64,000 bases of DNA from contig JAAPAO010000114.1 in the NCBI GenBank assembly GCA_013115145.1, forward strand, positions 1 through 64,000. The letters are read 5' to 3'. Below the pieces are notes generated by a model. That model did not search any database. It saw only the letters and a list, made by a program, of their open reading frames with translations, and was not told the origin of the DNA. Below are positions 21,141 through 33,050 of the stretch, one piece after another (positions within the stretch are counted from its first letter, which is position 1; every line of letters starts with the position of its first letter). A program made the position numbers and the translations under genes. The stretch is from Perkinsus chesapeaki ATCC PRA-425 (taxonomy: Eukaryota; Protista; Perkinsozoa).

Positions 21141-21859
21141 AGCTAGTCAAACTACGGACAGAGTTATGAGTAGAACCTTCAATTAATACGTTAAACCAAC
21201 ACTGACAGTGTTACACTGTTAGTCGGTTGTTCGACAAACGAGATAGACGCGGTAGATCTTCGTGTCACGTGACAGTCGCATTCTGGCAATTTCTTCGGGT
21301 ATCATAGAGGCACCCCTGTGGCGGAGCGTATCAAGCTATTATAGCACAGCAGCTGTCCCCTCAGCGTCTAAATACACAAAGGTATTATTTAACGCGTGTA
21401 ACGCCAATTTCTTAGCAATCCGACGACCCACCATCCGAATAGATTTTCGTCAAGTCATAGTTCTAGCACAACCTAGTTCCTAGCTTACCAGGGCTGTGAG
21501 ATACTCTTCATACTTTATTGTACTTTACAACTGGTTCTGCTTCATCCCGGAATCCCACGGCACGTGGGGTGCGGGAGCTTAATCAACTGAATACAACACG
21601 TGAATCTGCCGCCGTCTTATTACCATCTTCCCTCTCTCTGCGCCTTTCCTGCCCTAGCGCCTGGGACACTTCGGTCGCCCTGACTGACACAATCCTTCTT
21701 GCGCTTCCCAGTTGTACTGCACAACACTTCGCGTTCTTTCATACTCGATACCAAGCTCTTGGTCGTTGAGATCCGAGGAGCCCCCGAAATCTCCAAAGCT
21801 CGCAGCACACTCAATCGTGTGGCATTACCCTTCTCATTCAGTTCTTTGTTGACGGGTGT

Positions 21860-23135
21860 ATGTCAGCTCTGGGAGTTGTGAAGACTTGCCGAGACGAGGT
21901 ACGATCGCTGCTCGTCGCTGGTTATTCACATACTTTCTTTCCAGATTCCTAAAGGCCCAACAGGAGGCATGTGGCGTAGAGCTCTCTATGACCTTATCGA
22001 CCACCCAGGAAAATATGCGAGTAGCATTTTCCACAAGTCAAAGGAGGGCTTCACCACTGTGTACGACGGCTTTCCTAAATCAACTGTACATCTCCTCGTG
22101 CTGCCGGATAGAACTTTGAAGGGCCCTCAGCAGCTTACCAAGTGAGCGGTGGGGAGGCAATAAGCGTCAACCTTCTCTTGCTTGAACTGTAAACTTGACC
22201 TCGAATGTCGTGTACAATTTTGATTCGTATTAGATGTCAAAAATATGTCATCGATCAGTCGGTCCAATTTCCGGGGAAGACTTCTGTGGAAGGCCTGGTC
22301 CTTGAGTTGACATCATATTTTGGGAGCGTGCATGTTCTGACTGTTTCAGTTCTTGATTCGGAGCGAGCGCTGTCACATGAAAGTTAATATCAGTATTATG
22401 GGAAAGGGGTTCTCACCGAACTTCCTGAAGTCCTAAATTATTCTCGTTACTAACGAGTCGTTACCTAAACACATATGGCGCTCTCTTCTCAATGATGAAA
22501 TTAATGCTTAAAAATGTAGAGGTATTTTAATTCTATAAGAGGGTCTCTGAGGGAGCCTTGAGGGGTATTAATCAGTCACACCCATGTGGAAGTGTTATCA
22601 AACTGCCCTGCTCTTCAGAGATGGTGAATTCGGTATTCCATTTTTACGCCGACTTCATGGGTATTGTGATTGGCTGGTCAATGAGCTCCAGAAGCAAGAA
22701 CATATCGGTAAACTCGGGTTCAAATGTGGCATTCATGCGGTGCCGAGCTTGGAGCCTTTCCACGTACATATTATATCCGGCGACATGAAGAGTGATCGCA
22801 TAAAACATAAGAAGCATTGGAACTCTTTCACGACACCTTTCTTTGTGGAGCTTAATGAGGTGGAAAGTATCCTGCAGATTGAAGGTGGGCTGAACTCATT
22901 CCTTATTCGACCAATCAGCTTCGTTTCAGGTAGTCTGCGATCGATTCTGGCACGCGAGTCTCACTTAAAAGACGATTTGGTGTGCAACATTTGTGGCGAG
23001 AATTTCGGTCGATTCTTGAAGTTCAAAGAACACAGAGTTTCCTGTCGGAAAACAAAGTCATCAGCGGCTGGCCAAGTAGCTGTCAGCCAAAATGAAATTG
23101 AGCTGCCGCAAACAAAAAGGCAACGATTATGTTGA
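21860..23135 (+). CDS. APTX: Aprataxin (HIT domain + C2H2-like zinc finger), multi-exon
   Basis: Exons give MSALGVVKTCRDE|IPKGPTGGMWRRALYDLIDHP...VYDGFPKSTVHLLVLP, then GIHAVPSLEPFHVHIISGD..S..IKHKKHWNSFTTPFF and LVCNICGENF...KEH. Confidence 0.9.
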
Positions 23136-24004
23136 ATCCTTACAATATTGTCTCCTTGAGTTGGTTCATAGTGCAAAACAGTTGCTCTCTATTCTGTCAG
23201 CAATCTTCTGTCGAGGACAGACTACCACAATGCCTGGTCTTGTAAGACTTAGTGCCTCGTTAGTGCGGCGAGAAATGCCCGAACCACACTGGCAGGCCCA
23301 CGTACTAACTCCAATCGCTTATTTTGTCTCATAGAGGCTCATGCACATAACCTTTTGCAAATCATTAACCAATAGAATATCTTCCTGACTAAGACGGACG
23401 AAGTTGCTGAGTGTGTATAGGGAAGACCTTGCACGAGGTGCTGAATTTGGAACCTCGATTAACAATCACGAAGAAATACTCAACAACTTCGACATTCCCC
23501 GAATGCAACTAGTCCCTGATGAGGACCCTCGATAGTCATGTAGCTTTCATCCGTCAGTACGTCAGAACTGGACGGTATTATGTTAGGCATAGATTCGTTG
23601 GCCTTTTCTGACAAGGCTTGTCGTGCTGGCTAATCTCAAATTCTATTGTATTTACTGAACATAACAATGACGATGACTTGACACTTTTCTGTATTAGTAA
23701 AGACTCGTATTTCTAACCACATACTGCTGCTATACGCTTCATTAAATAAGTTACCGTATATAAAAGCAGGCTGATGCTGAAAGGTTGAGAAATTCGGTGA
23801 AGTACAAGTTACTTCGCTAAATGTTTACACGCTTTTCGTCAAAAAACGTTATAATACGTACTGTTAACCAATACCGTTATAATACTTGGGAGTGGATCAA
23901 CCGACTGAATTGCGACAGGACTACAGGACGATCCGACCAGCATTTAAACGAATCAGGTAGCCACCTCGAGCACTTGATGAGTACACGACCAAGTAACAGC
24001 ACGA

Positions 24005-24883
24005 CTATATAGCTATGGTTGCAGAGATGTAGTCATAAGGAAAATTGAAGTTGGGCCCGATCGGTGGCTTAACCACGACACGGGCTGTACCTTTCAATAA
24101 CCAGTTAGTTATATTGTTCTTGACTGTCGTCAAAGACAAGTCCAATGCTCCACCAACCTTGATGCCAAGCTTCACTGTTTTTTCCACGTAGACCGATACA
24201 TTGAAACCAAGATTGTAAGGTTTACCCGCGAAGACATAACTCTTTGAGTTCTCGCCGGGCTGAACATCAATATCCGAAAGCAACCTATTGAGACCGTATA
24301 TCTTGAAATGAGGAATGGCTACAAAGTTCTCCTTAGTGGTGTCACCCAAACCCGAAGACTGAGATAACTCCTCGTCATAGGCTTTTAAGAAGATCGTGGC
24401 AGCTGCTTTCTTCTTATTCCCGTATGAAATGATTTGGGCATCACCACCTGCGTGAACATGCAGTTCTGACTGAGTTTTACCATCATAAACAGCAGTCATG
24501 CCAATGACGGTATTGTCCCTCGGATCATCAATATCAAAGAAGTCAACTTTGGCATCGATAGTAGTCTTCTCGCCTTGTTCCAGTGTGCCATGAAAGCAGT
24601 AAGGGTAGTCGATGATCGGGTTGGTGGCATTACAAGTAGCTGGATATGCGAATTTGCCAGCCTCATCGACTTGAGCTTGCTGGATACCCTTCGGGAAAGA
24701 AGCGATGCGTTCCTCGTTTATCGTGATAGACTCAGTCTCGACGTCCTTCAGCATCTCGAACAGCTCCGCCAATGAGTCTTCGCCCAAGTTGTTATTATCT
24801 ATGTCGCCTAGTTTTAGACTTAACCCCACCAAAGCAACTGATACAGCAATGAAGCTCTTGAAAAGCTGAGTGTTGAAACTCAT
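24005..24883 (-). CDS. Intronless putative secreted protein (292 aa from Met at 24883), unknown function
   Basis: Long ORF. The Met at 24883 starts a signal-peptide-like MSFNTQLFKSFIAVSVALVGLSLKL, and a pyrimidine-rich ttctcag acceptor lies just upstream. No family recognised. Confidence 0.7.
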   Translation of the reverse strand: MSFNTQLFKSFIAVSVALVGLSLKLGDIDNNNLGEDSLAELFEMLKDVETESITINEERIASFPKGIQQAQVDEAGKFAYPATCNATNPIIDYPYCFHGTLEQGEKTTIDAKVDFFDIDDPRDNTVIGMTAVYDGKTQSELHVHAGGDAQIISYGNKKKAAATIFLKAYDEELSQSSGLGDTTKENFVAIPHFKIYGLNRLLSDIDVQPGENSKSYVFAGKPYNLGFNVSVYVEKTVKLGIKVGGALDLSLTTVKNNITNWLLKGTARVVVKPPIGPNFNFPYDYISATIAI

Positions 24884-26399
24884 GAGGATATTCAACCCTG
24901 AGAATGAAGCACATGGGACGACAAGTTCGATGAAACGAACGTTCGGACTATGCCGAACAGTATTTGGCTTAACCTCAGCTTTCCCACCCATGGCGCCTAG
25001 TGTGCGCCATCGCACCAACGTGGAACCGTCATGTCACTTAAGAGCTGTAATTCTCGCATTATTCGTAATTGGTGACAAAAGGATCCGAAATGTGTTGCAT
25101 TCAAGACAGTGCGCGCCTCTTAGCGGGATTTTGCAGGGCAGCGAGGTGAAATGCGGCTAACCAAGGGTACAGGATAAGATTCCACACATTGCGCTGTCAC
25201 TACAAATGGTGTCGCATGAAGTGCGCGGCACGTAGGCCGCCGAGGCTCATACGACGCATTATGAGGTCTTGTTGGACCACATGCTTATCTATATTTGAAG
25301 CCGCTGACCTTAATAAGTAGGGAACTGGCTCGCCTCAGCTTGTCTCCCAGTTGCGGCTTACGTTCTTTCTAATTTGGAACCGAAGAGGAGGTTCTTGTTG
25401 CGCACAATGATGAGCAATTGTGAGCCCGAAAGGAGCCGTAAGATGCTGCAGTGTAGTGGGCCTCTACTCATGCTGGCTTGTGCCAAGGGATTCAGTGGCC
25501 GCCGGAGGCTATCTCAGGTCTTGTCAATAAGCGTCATCTGATTGCCCAAGCAAATTACCCTCCGTTGACTGAGCTAATGGTATAGCAGCTTCTTGGTTCT
25601 TCCCACTAGTCGGTCTGAGAACCAGGAGAAACCTCTGAGCCTTCAGCACAAGCTCAAGTACATAGGCAGGAAAATATGACAGTTTGGGAGGTGTACAACT
25701 CACTCACTAGATCGATATTCAGAATAGCATGGGAAGCCGAACTGAACCAAGCTTTCCCCTATGTGCTGCAAATTCTGTAACTATACCTGAATGCTTCAGG
25801 GTGAATCACACATTGTGATTCACAATGTGACTCGTAGGGACGACGCTGAAACGATATGGCTTATGCATTTCAGCTCAATCTACACTGTGCGTATCGCACA
25901 AACAGTCATATGCATGCTTACTACCCCCGGGGTAGTACCCCGATATCCACTGGGGTGACACAAGACAGGTGCTGGATGTCGCAGCCCGCACACCGGAGTG
26001 CGGAGATAGTCATACACAGTCGGACATGTAGAATGAGATAGAAGTACACGTTCGCAACTAGAGATGCCTTATCACTCCTTTACGATGAGTGATCAACAGA
26101 AACCGCTTCGTGCGGGGGAGGCAAGGGAACACCCCTGTGGCGGACCGTGTTCAAACACACGTAGCAAGTTTGCAGTCTGACTTAGCGCTTAGGAAAAGAA
26201 TGTAATCTCCGGGCAGCAAAGATCATTTTTCAACAAATACAAACAATTCAAGGTTGTAGTGCGAAGAACTATTCTTTGCCTGTCCCAGGATGACTATTTT
26301 GATATAGCTTGATCCGATATGGGACGCTTGAGCTGCCTGTTCAGTGGACAGTGTCTACTATCTCAACTTTTGTCGTGTTACTAGAATAGACGAATCTCT

Positions 26400-26909
26400 A
26401 GCAGGCCTATCAATCAAGTACCAGTTTCAATTTATTAAAAGAATTGTGCTCCTCGGATTCCGTCGAGTAAGTCTCTCTTCACACCCGAGAGAGGAGACAT
26501 ATTCCTCCGTTCGCATGAGCTCTGACCCCTCCAGCTTGGAGGCCTTCTACGCCAGAAGTTTAGGCTAGCCATGCAGAGATCATTGCAACCCTTCGCTGCA
26601 AAGTCGTGCAACAAGCAGACTGGTAGTCTCCAGCATACATATAAAAATGAGAATACATATCCATAAAAATACCTCAGCTTCTATTCATACCTCTCCCAAA
26701 GGTTCCATAATGCTACCCGTTCCGATATCAGGTCGCCCCTCAAAGCCCTGCTGGCCGTTCATGTTCAACGGTTGAACGATGGCCTTCCTAACCAGCGGAA
26801 ACTCGCAGGGGACTGTCAATCGGTACACAGGCGGTCTACTGTGCCAAAATACTAGGCCGTGAGGCCTACGCGTTCTGGGGGGAGGAGCACCCATCGACTG
26901 CTCCGGTGT

Positions 26910-26949
<40 letters not shown>

Positions 26950-27400
26950 CCCCCCCCAAGGAGGGGGGAGGAAAAAAAAAAAAGGGGGGGGGGGAGGGTG
27001 TTTTGTTTTGGTGGAAGGAGTGGGGGGGGGCAGCAGGAGTNNNNNNNNNNACACACAAGCCGCGGGGGGCCGGCGGGGGGGGGGGGGGCCCCCCCCCCCC
27101 CGGGGGGGGGGGGGGGGGGCCCCCCCCGCCTCCCCCCCCCCCCCCCCCCCCCCCCCCGACACAGTATGTGCAGCAAGCTATACAGAAAGGGGGGCTTACA
27201 TCATGTAAGTTGTCTTGCCAATGAACGGTGATTCCCCCCATTCTGTGCAGTGATAGCTCTCGTTCAACACAGGCTTAACCTCGAGGTAACCAGATGGTAA
27301 TTCCCAAGGTCGAGCATGTAGCCCCAGAGCTAACTTAGCTCTTAGTAAGAACTTAGCTAAGACGCACGTGTAACAGCGCATGTTTCCAGGCTACTTTAAC
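26400..27400 (-). mobile_element. Possible highly degenerate LTR-retrotransposon (Ty3/gypsy-like) remnant
   Basis: Minus-strand fragments in gag-pol order: RCYTC...HAR (knuckle-like, ~27380), PLVRKAIVQPLN...GTGSIMEP (~26750), RDLLDGIRGAQFF (~26450, like the RT motif D.LL..L.GA..FS). Broken by stops and frameshifts. Confidence 0.25.
26906..27162. other. Assembly gap (N x10 at 27041-27050) flanked by G/C homopolymer low-quality sequence
   Basis: Direct observation. Confidence 0.95.
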
Positions 27401-28438
27401 AGAGGTACTGTGCACAATCCGTAGAAGACTTGAGTCTTGGTGAGTGCAGTTGTGAGCCGAAGCACCATATCGGATTTACCGCTCCTCCGATGGCTACTAT
27501 CTGGAAAACAGATTCGAAGCCGTGAAAGCGCTCTCTGAAACAGCCTGTTCCCGCGCCTGAACACATTTTGATTCGGAATCGAGTGCTTGCGTGCTAAAGT
27601 GAGATACTGCTTTCATCGGTTGCTTCATACTGTGAACTTCACAGCATTCAAACCTGAAGCTTATCCGTACAGTGTGGCACTCCTCAGTTAAGAGTCTTCA
27701 CACAAAGTTGATGATTCCATTTGGGCTCACTTGCGTCTGTCTGGTAGAACTCTATCCAACATCGGGCCCCCTTCCCACATAGTCCGGGCTAACAACTAAC
27801 TAGCACCGTCAGCCGCTGTTGCACTGTGCTAAAATGATTGTGGCATCTTTCCTATGGTTACCGAACAGTGGTCAACTTGGATAAGATGGTCTCATCACAG
27901 GCTCTCTAGAGCTCTACAAACACGGTGTTTGAAACACCGCTAGACTAGCGGCGCTAGTACATGCTCCTACCGCTAGTTCAAGCCACAACCTCCGCGCTGA
28001 GCTCAACACCCTTGGTCAACTAAGAGGCTTTCTCTTCTTTTCTCAATAATAACAAACACAAAGGGAGAGGGGAGTCAGCGAAGGCTCCTTGTATGTTCGT
28101 TTACTCTCACCTGGATTCAGCTGTGCGCGCGTGCACGAGCGGGTGACGCACAATCAATAACAATAACCTTCATTTACCCTCCAACACAGCTGCAGTGACC
28201 CGTACAGCGCAAAATAAGCTTGCCGAGCTTCAAAGAGTGATCGACAGTACGAGACCTCAGGAGCTTGCTCCCCAGTAGATGCTGTAATGTGCATAGATGC
28301 CGTCGCAGTGCGACGCGGCTTTTCAATTCCGCTGCTTTCCCGGAGGAATACGAGCGGCATCGTGTGAGGTCGGAGCCAGCCGCTGGTTACATATCCAGGT
28401 CTTGCTTATGCCTTTCTAAGCTAGGTTTCACGCCTTTC

Positions 28439-29912
28439 ATGTTATATACCTCAATAGCCACTCTAGTAATCACCCTCACGGTCGGCTTCGCATGGAGTCC
28501 TCAAGACTGCAAGGGTGACCAATCCAAGAATGACAGGGTTACTCGCATCAAGTGCGCCTTCCATAATAATACTTGGGTTCATCCCTTGTCAAATATTATG
28601 AACAAGGATGTTATACTGGCTGCTATTGGAGCCGGCGGTGGATCGATAGCGTGGTCCGTGAATGCTGAAATTATGCCGGTGAATGTTGATCATACAATCT
28701 TTGTCCTCATCAGTGGGCTCGGCCTGAAGATCCTCGAGAGCAGCCTCAGTGATTCGTCCTTTATAAGGAGCAACCTGGTCGGCACCGTCAACAGTGCTTT
28801 CCCCAGCTCACTCACAGGTAACCTGATCAGCCTTGCATCCGGTGGCTACCCTTCTGATCATGGAGTCCTCGGGTTTGTCGAGATCGTTGATAACAAGGCT
28901 ATCGTGCCAAGTCTATGGATGGATGCCGTTACCCACGATAATCTCCCGCTATATAGAGACCTTCAAGAGCATGCGTTCCCTTTCAGCTCTATTATTTCTA
29001 AAGGGAAAGCTCAGAGTAAAACGGTGTATGCTCCTCCTCTCAAGTCCCCATTCCGTTACGCAGTTTTCGGCGACATCGATGCTGTCCAAACTGACTCTCC
29101 TGGTTTGCAAGACGTGATCCAAGATATCCCGGCTCGGCTTGCCCAGTTTCAGGCTAGGAACTTGACGTCGCTATCCATTGCCTATACCAATATAGTCGCC
29201 GATGCCGTAAGGAACAGTGGAGTTGGGGGCTCCGAGGTGACAAGAGCTTTGTATCAGTTAGATCATCAACTTCATACTATCTGGTATAATGTGTCCGCTG
29301 CTCTCCCGAGCGATGCTACCGTAAGAATGGTCATCTGTTCGGACCATGGGGCCGTCGACGTGAACCATATTAATGTTTACGACAAGCAGAATGCTAATGG
29401 CGACTATCGAAACGTTCTTCATCTTGGTTCTCTCCTTAAGTACATCCCTTCCGTTGAAGGTAGATCATTCGCCCTTCATTTGGCTGATGGTGTTACTGTG
29501 GACGAGGCACGGGAAAGAATCAAGAACGATGCGCCAGATGTTTATGAAAATTTCATGTTATTTACTCCCGATGAGTTGATCGATCTGGAGGTCTTCGGAC
29601 CGAAGGACACCTTGTCGGATTTCGCCAAAGGGCAAATTGGTGATCTCTTGAAGAGATCACCAATTTGCCCGATTTACCGAAGAGATTCTCTTCGGTATCA
29701 CCCCCAACCCAGCCGTCCTCAGCTACTATGTCAATGGACGTGCATGGGGCGCTAACGACAAAGGAAATTCTGGTGGTATGATTTCAACTGAGATTGGTCT
29801 TCCTTTTGCTATTTTAGAAAAAGGAAGAACCATCAATGAACTGAGGGAAGGATACGACAGAGTCCAGAGCAGATCTGAGGATTATTTCAATACATATAAG
29901 TACAAGAACTGA
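28439..29912 (+). CDS. Secreted alkaline-phosphatase-superfamily (type I phosphodiesterase/nucleotide pyrophosphatase-like) protein, frameshifted near 29651
   Basis: Signal peptide MLYTSIATLVITLTVGFAWS. Fold motifs FVLISGLG, SAFPSSLTGNLISLASGGYPSDHGVLG, ICSDHG, VEGRSF, IGDLL. The family C-terminal motif appears only in shifted frames (KGNSGGMISTEIGLPF to stop 29912, or DVHGALTTKEILV). Confidence 0.75.
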
Positions 29913-30203
29913 TACAACGACCGTCATGCGTACACCATATTATGTAGCCTAGCGGACTTAATGCAGTCTGAGGATTCCTTAGCCCTCGTGAGTCGATCTG
30001 CGCAAGTGCCGCCTGAGAACAAAGTGTTCCCTACTTTTCATGAATAGGGTTCCTATCGTAGTGTTGACGATATCCGCAAAGGTATTGCTTCACATTTGGT
30101 TATTCATCCGCCTCGGTTGTTGCGTTGCTGTTGTCGTAGAGCTCATAATGTTGGCTCTAAATCACGGCAAAAATGATTCGAGGAACTTCTCAAAAGTGAA
30201 AAT

Positions 30204-30234
30204 GATGATGATGATGACGATGACGATGACGATG
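30204..30234. repeat. (ATG/ACG)n microsatellite
   Basis: atgatgatgatgatgacgatgacgatgacgatg. Confidence 0.85.
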
Positions 30235-30689
30235 AACTACTATTCCACAACGAAGCACGGCAGCGTTGAAGTTTTACACGCATGTGGTGATCACATGATG
30301 ACGAGAAAGGTCACGCTGAATTTAAGCATACGATAATTTTCAATACGATTACCTGCAATTGGGAGCTTCGCTCGAGTAGATTGTACACTACAAACACATT
30401 TGAATTCTCAAGTATGCAATGCATTACGATCTTAATGAGATAGTGATCATCTTCACTAACCTCTTCTACACGCAGTTTCAGAGCTGAAGATGCTATACAT
30501 ATGAGGAGGTTAGACTTCCGAAGTACTCTCCGAGAGACACAAATCCAACTCAGGGCGTCAAATAGGCTCTTTTCGAAATACCAACTCTCAGAACTTGTGG
30601 CTACGACGCATGTATTCTGTATCAGAGAAGCAATTTTTAAGAGCCCAAAGTTGGGTATCTCTGTCTTTCCGACTTTCTGAATCTTTGCG

Positions 30690-33050
30690 AATTCACCCTT
30701 TAATTACCGGCATGAGGGAACGAAATGATGGAAAATAGTAATGCTGGATCATCGGAGCGAGCATTGAATACCCGCTCCAGTTTGAAATTTCTGGAGCAAA
30801 TTCACTAGAAGGAGCATCTCGGATCTTGCATGCGTAACTCGGGGAGCTCGATTGATGTGAATACTGCTGAACACCCACTTTATTAACTGTACCAACGAAA
30901 GGCGAGATGAGAAATTGAGGGAGCTAGATCTATTTTGTGAGTACACCAGAGTCCTCAACAAATGAGAGGCGCGGCCTTGCGGGCATTCCTCTGAGAGCAG
31001 TCCTCTCTTGAATAAAGTCATCCAGCACGTTGACAGATGATGGTAGGTTAATATATAAAGGCGAATAGATAAAAATTCTCTTCTTCTGAGAAAACGACAC
31101 ATCCTGCTACATTCCGCAAATCTTTAGGTTTTTGGCTCACCCAGAACCTTCTTAAAGTGAAGTTTCTCATAGGAGCCGATTTCAACATACTTGTGTCTAT
31201 CCACGGACGCAACCATGGCAAGGATCTGAGCTGTTGTCCTACCCTAAATTACAAAAGCATACCTTGAGCAAATTAGACTGAGGATGACGAGAAGCGAATG
31301 CTAGTAGGATGACGCTACACCCACAAGTCTCTGCTACGGAATCCTCTTTGGGTAAGGTATGGAGATTATATTGCTGTTATATAATGACAGTATCATGATG
31401 ACACTCGATCGATTCTATAAGCTCCGCGGTTACCACTCGTAGATACCACTCGTATCATATCAGCAAACTTTATTACGGAATCAATGCTGATTTGAACAAG
31501 CTGGGTGTGAATGCCTTGTCCGCGAGCCGTTTGGGAGACGTAGACCTGAAAAATACCTAAAACACTTTGCACAGTGTATGATGAAGACACCATCAACGTT
31601 TAGTGAAAAGTGAATCCGTGAACGAATTCCAGGAAGTGAGGACCTCATGTTTCGATTCACAGAGATCGAGAGCCTAGGTATTTCTATCAATTAGCCGAAG
31701 ACAACTTTCTAAGTGATAGCCGTGAATCACGGGTCTTCATCGTCACGGCCCGTGATGATGAAGATGAGCCGGCCAAGCAGTTTGCCCTTACCTCTCCTAG
31801 ATACCCGAAAGTTCCTTCCTTTTTCGGGTTTGGCCTGAAAGGGACTCCGATTGGAAGACAAATGAGCGGCGGTGAACATGAGCTGTGTTATACATCGCTT
31901 GCCTCACAGCATCCTCCTCCTTTTTGGTCAGAGTACCATGTATACTGAAGTCGATGAATCCAAGGACAGCCTGATGATTGGTGAGAGAGTGGATATACAC
32001 TGAATGCTCCTAAGCTGTGTCTTACTTAAGGACCTTTGCTAGTGTCAACCGCTACATAACAGGGAATCCCTTCCTTGTCATCACAGCTTGAAACCATATC
32101 ACACCCGGTACACTCGTCGCCCTTCACATAGGGGTGATAGAAAATCTTTCCGGTTACCGGTAATACGAGAAGTATCGAGAAGTAGACCCCAAAGATCCTC
32201 ATTTATACACTCCGCGTCAAATTCTTATCAACTCGCGTTTTTCAAGGGTTTAAGAACAACTAAGGTGTGCTCGTCAACGATTACCTCAAGGATATGTTCC
32301 CTAGTCAAAGTAAGTATATGCTCCAAGTTTCAGAGCCAAACCCCTTGTCAGAAGTGAGTAATCGAGAATTTTGTGAAAAATCGGTCCGACACATTCTTAG
32401 AAACCGCAGCTTAAAATTCATGGTTTTGTTAGGGAAGTATATTAAGGCAGATCATTCAGACCTAATCACATACACTATTGGAAAGCTTATCCTTCCTCCA
32501 CTAAATGATATGAGTCACTATTCGCGCCACTGGTACTCTCCAGAGGGGCCGAGAGGCTCCATCAAGAGTGATCATCCGGCGAGATCACTGAGTGATCCAG
32601 ATCATCGACTTGATCCATCCATTAGGATCCACATACCGGCCATTGGTCGGGGCCCAGGCCGGCGCTAGATACGCTCTTGAGAAGCTGAACCCACTCAGTT
32701 TACCGAGCTCAGCCTTGTTCCAGTGGGACTTTCAAGCCGATGTTTCAACCGAATGTCTTCATCGACTCAGGGCGCTGTAGAAAAGTTTTCACCCCTTCTC
32801 AACGAGTAACTCACTTCTCCATTCGTTGGTGCCAATAAACTTACCGTTCCCTGACGTCTAACAAGGTGAATAGGATCTGGCACATTAGACTCGCTGGAGG
32901 CTTCTGTTCCAATGTAATGATTTGCTAGGCGATTCGCAGTCGTCATCCTCGAGTACTCCTGCTACCAAACGGGGCTTGAGCCCTCTGGCTTTCTTGCAGA
33001 CCTCGGACACATGGGCATGCTTCAACAGCTCGAACCTTTTCTTCAGACAC
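30690..33050 (-). CDS. Multi-exon gene with GNAT acetyltransferase motif A (boundaries approximate)
   Basis: The exon at ~31435-31545 reads VYVSQTARGQGIHTQLVQI (V.V...RGxGI acetyl-CoA loop). An upstream exon gives AVLGFIDFSI. Several other GT-AG exons are present. Confidence 0.45.

Noticed and set aside
26685-27241. Several Gly/Pro-rich ORFs
   Set aside because: Translations of homopolymer artefact around the N gap.
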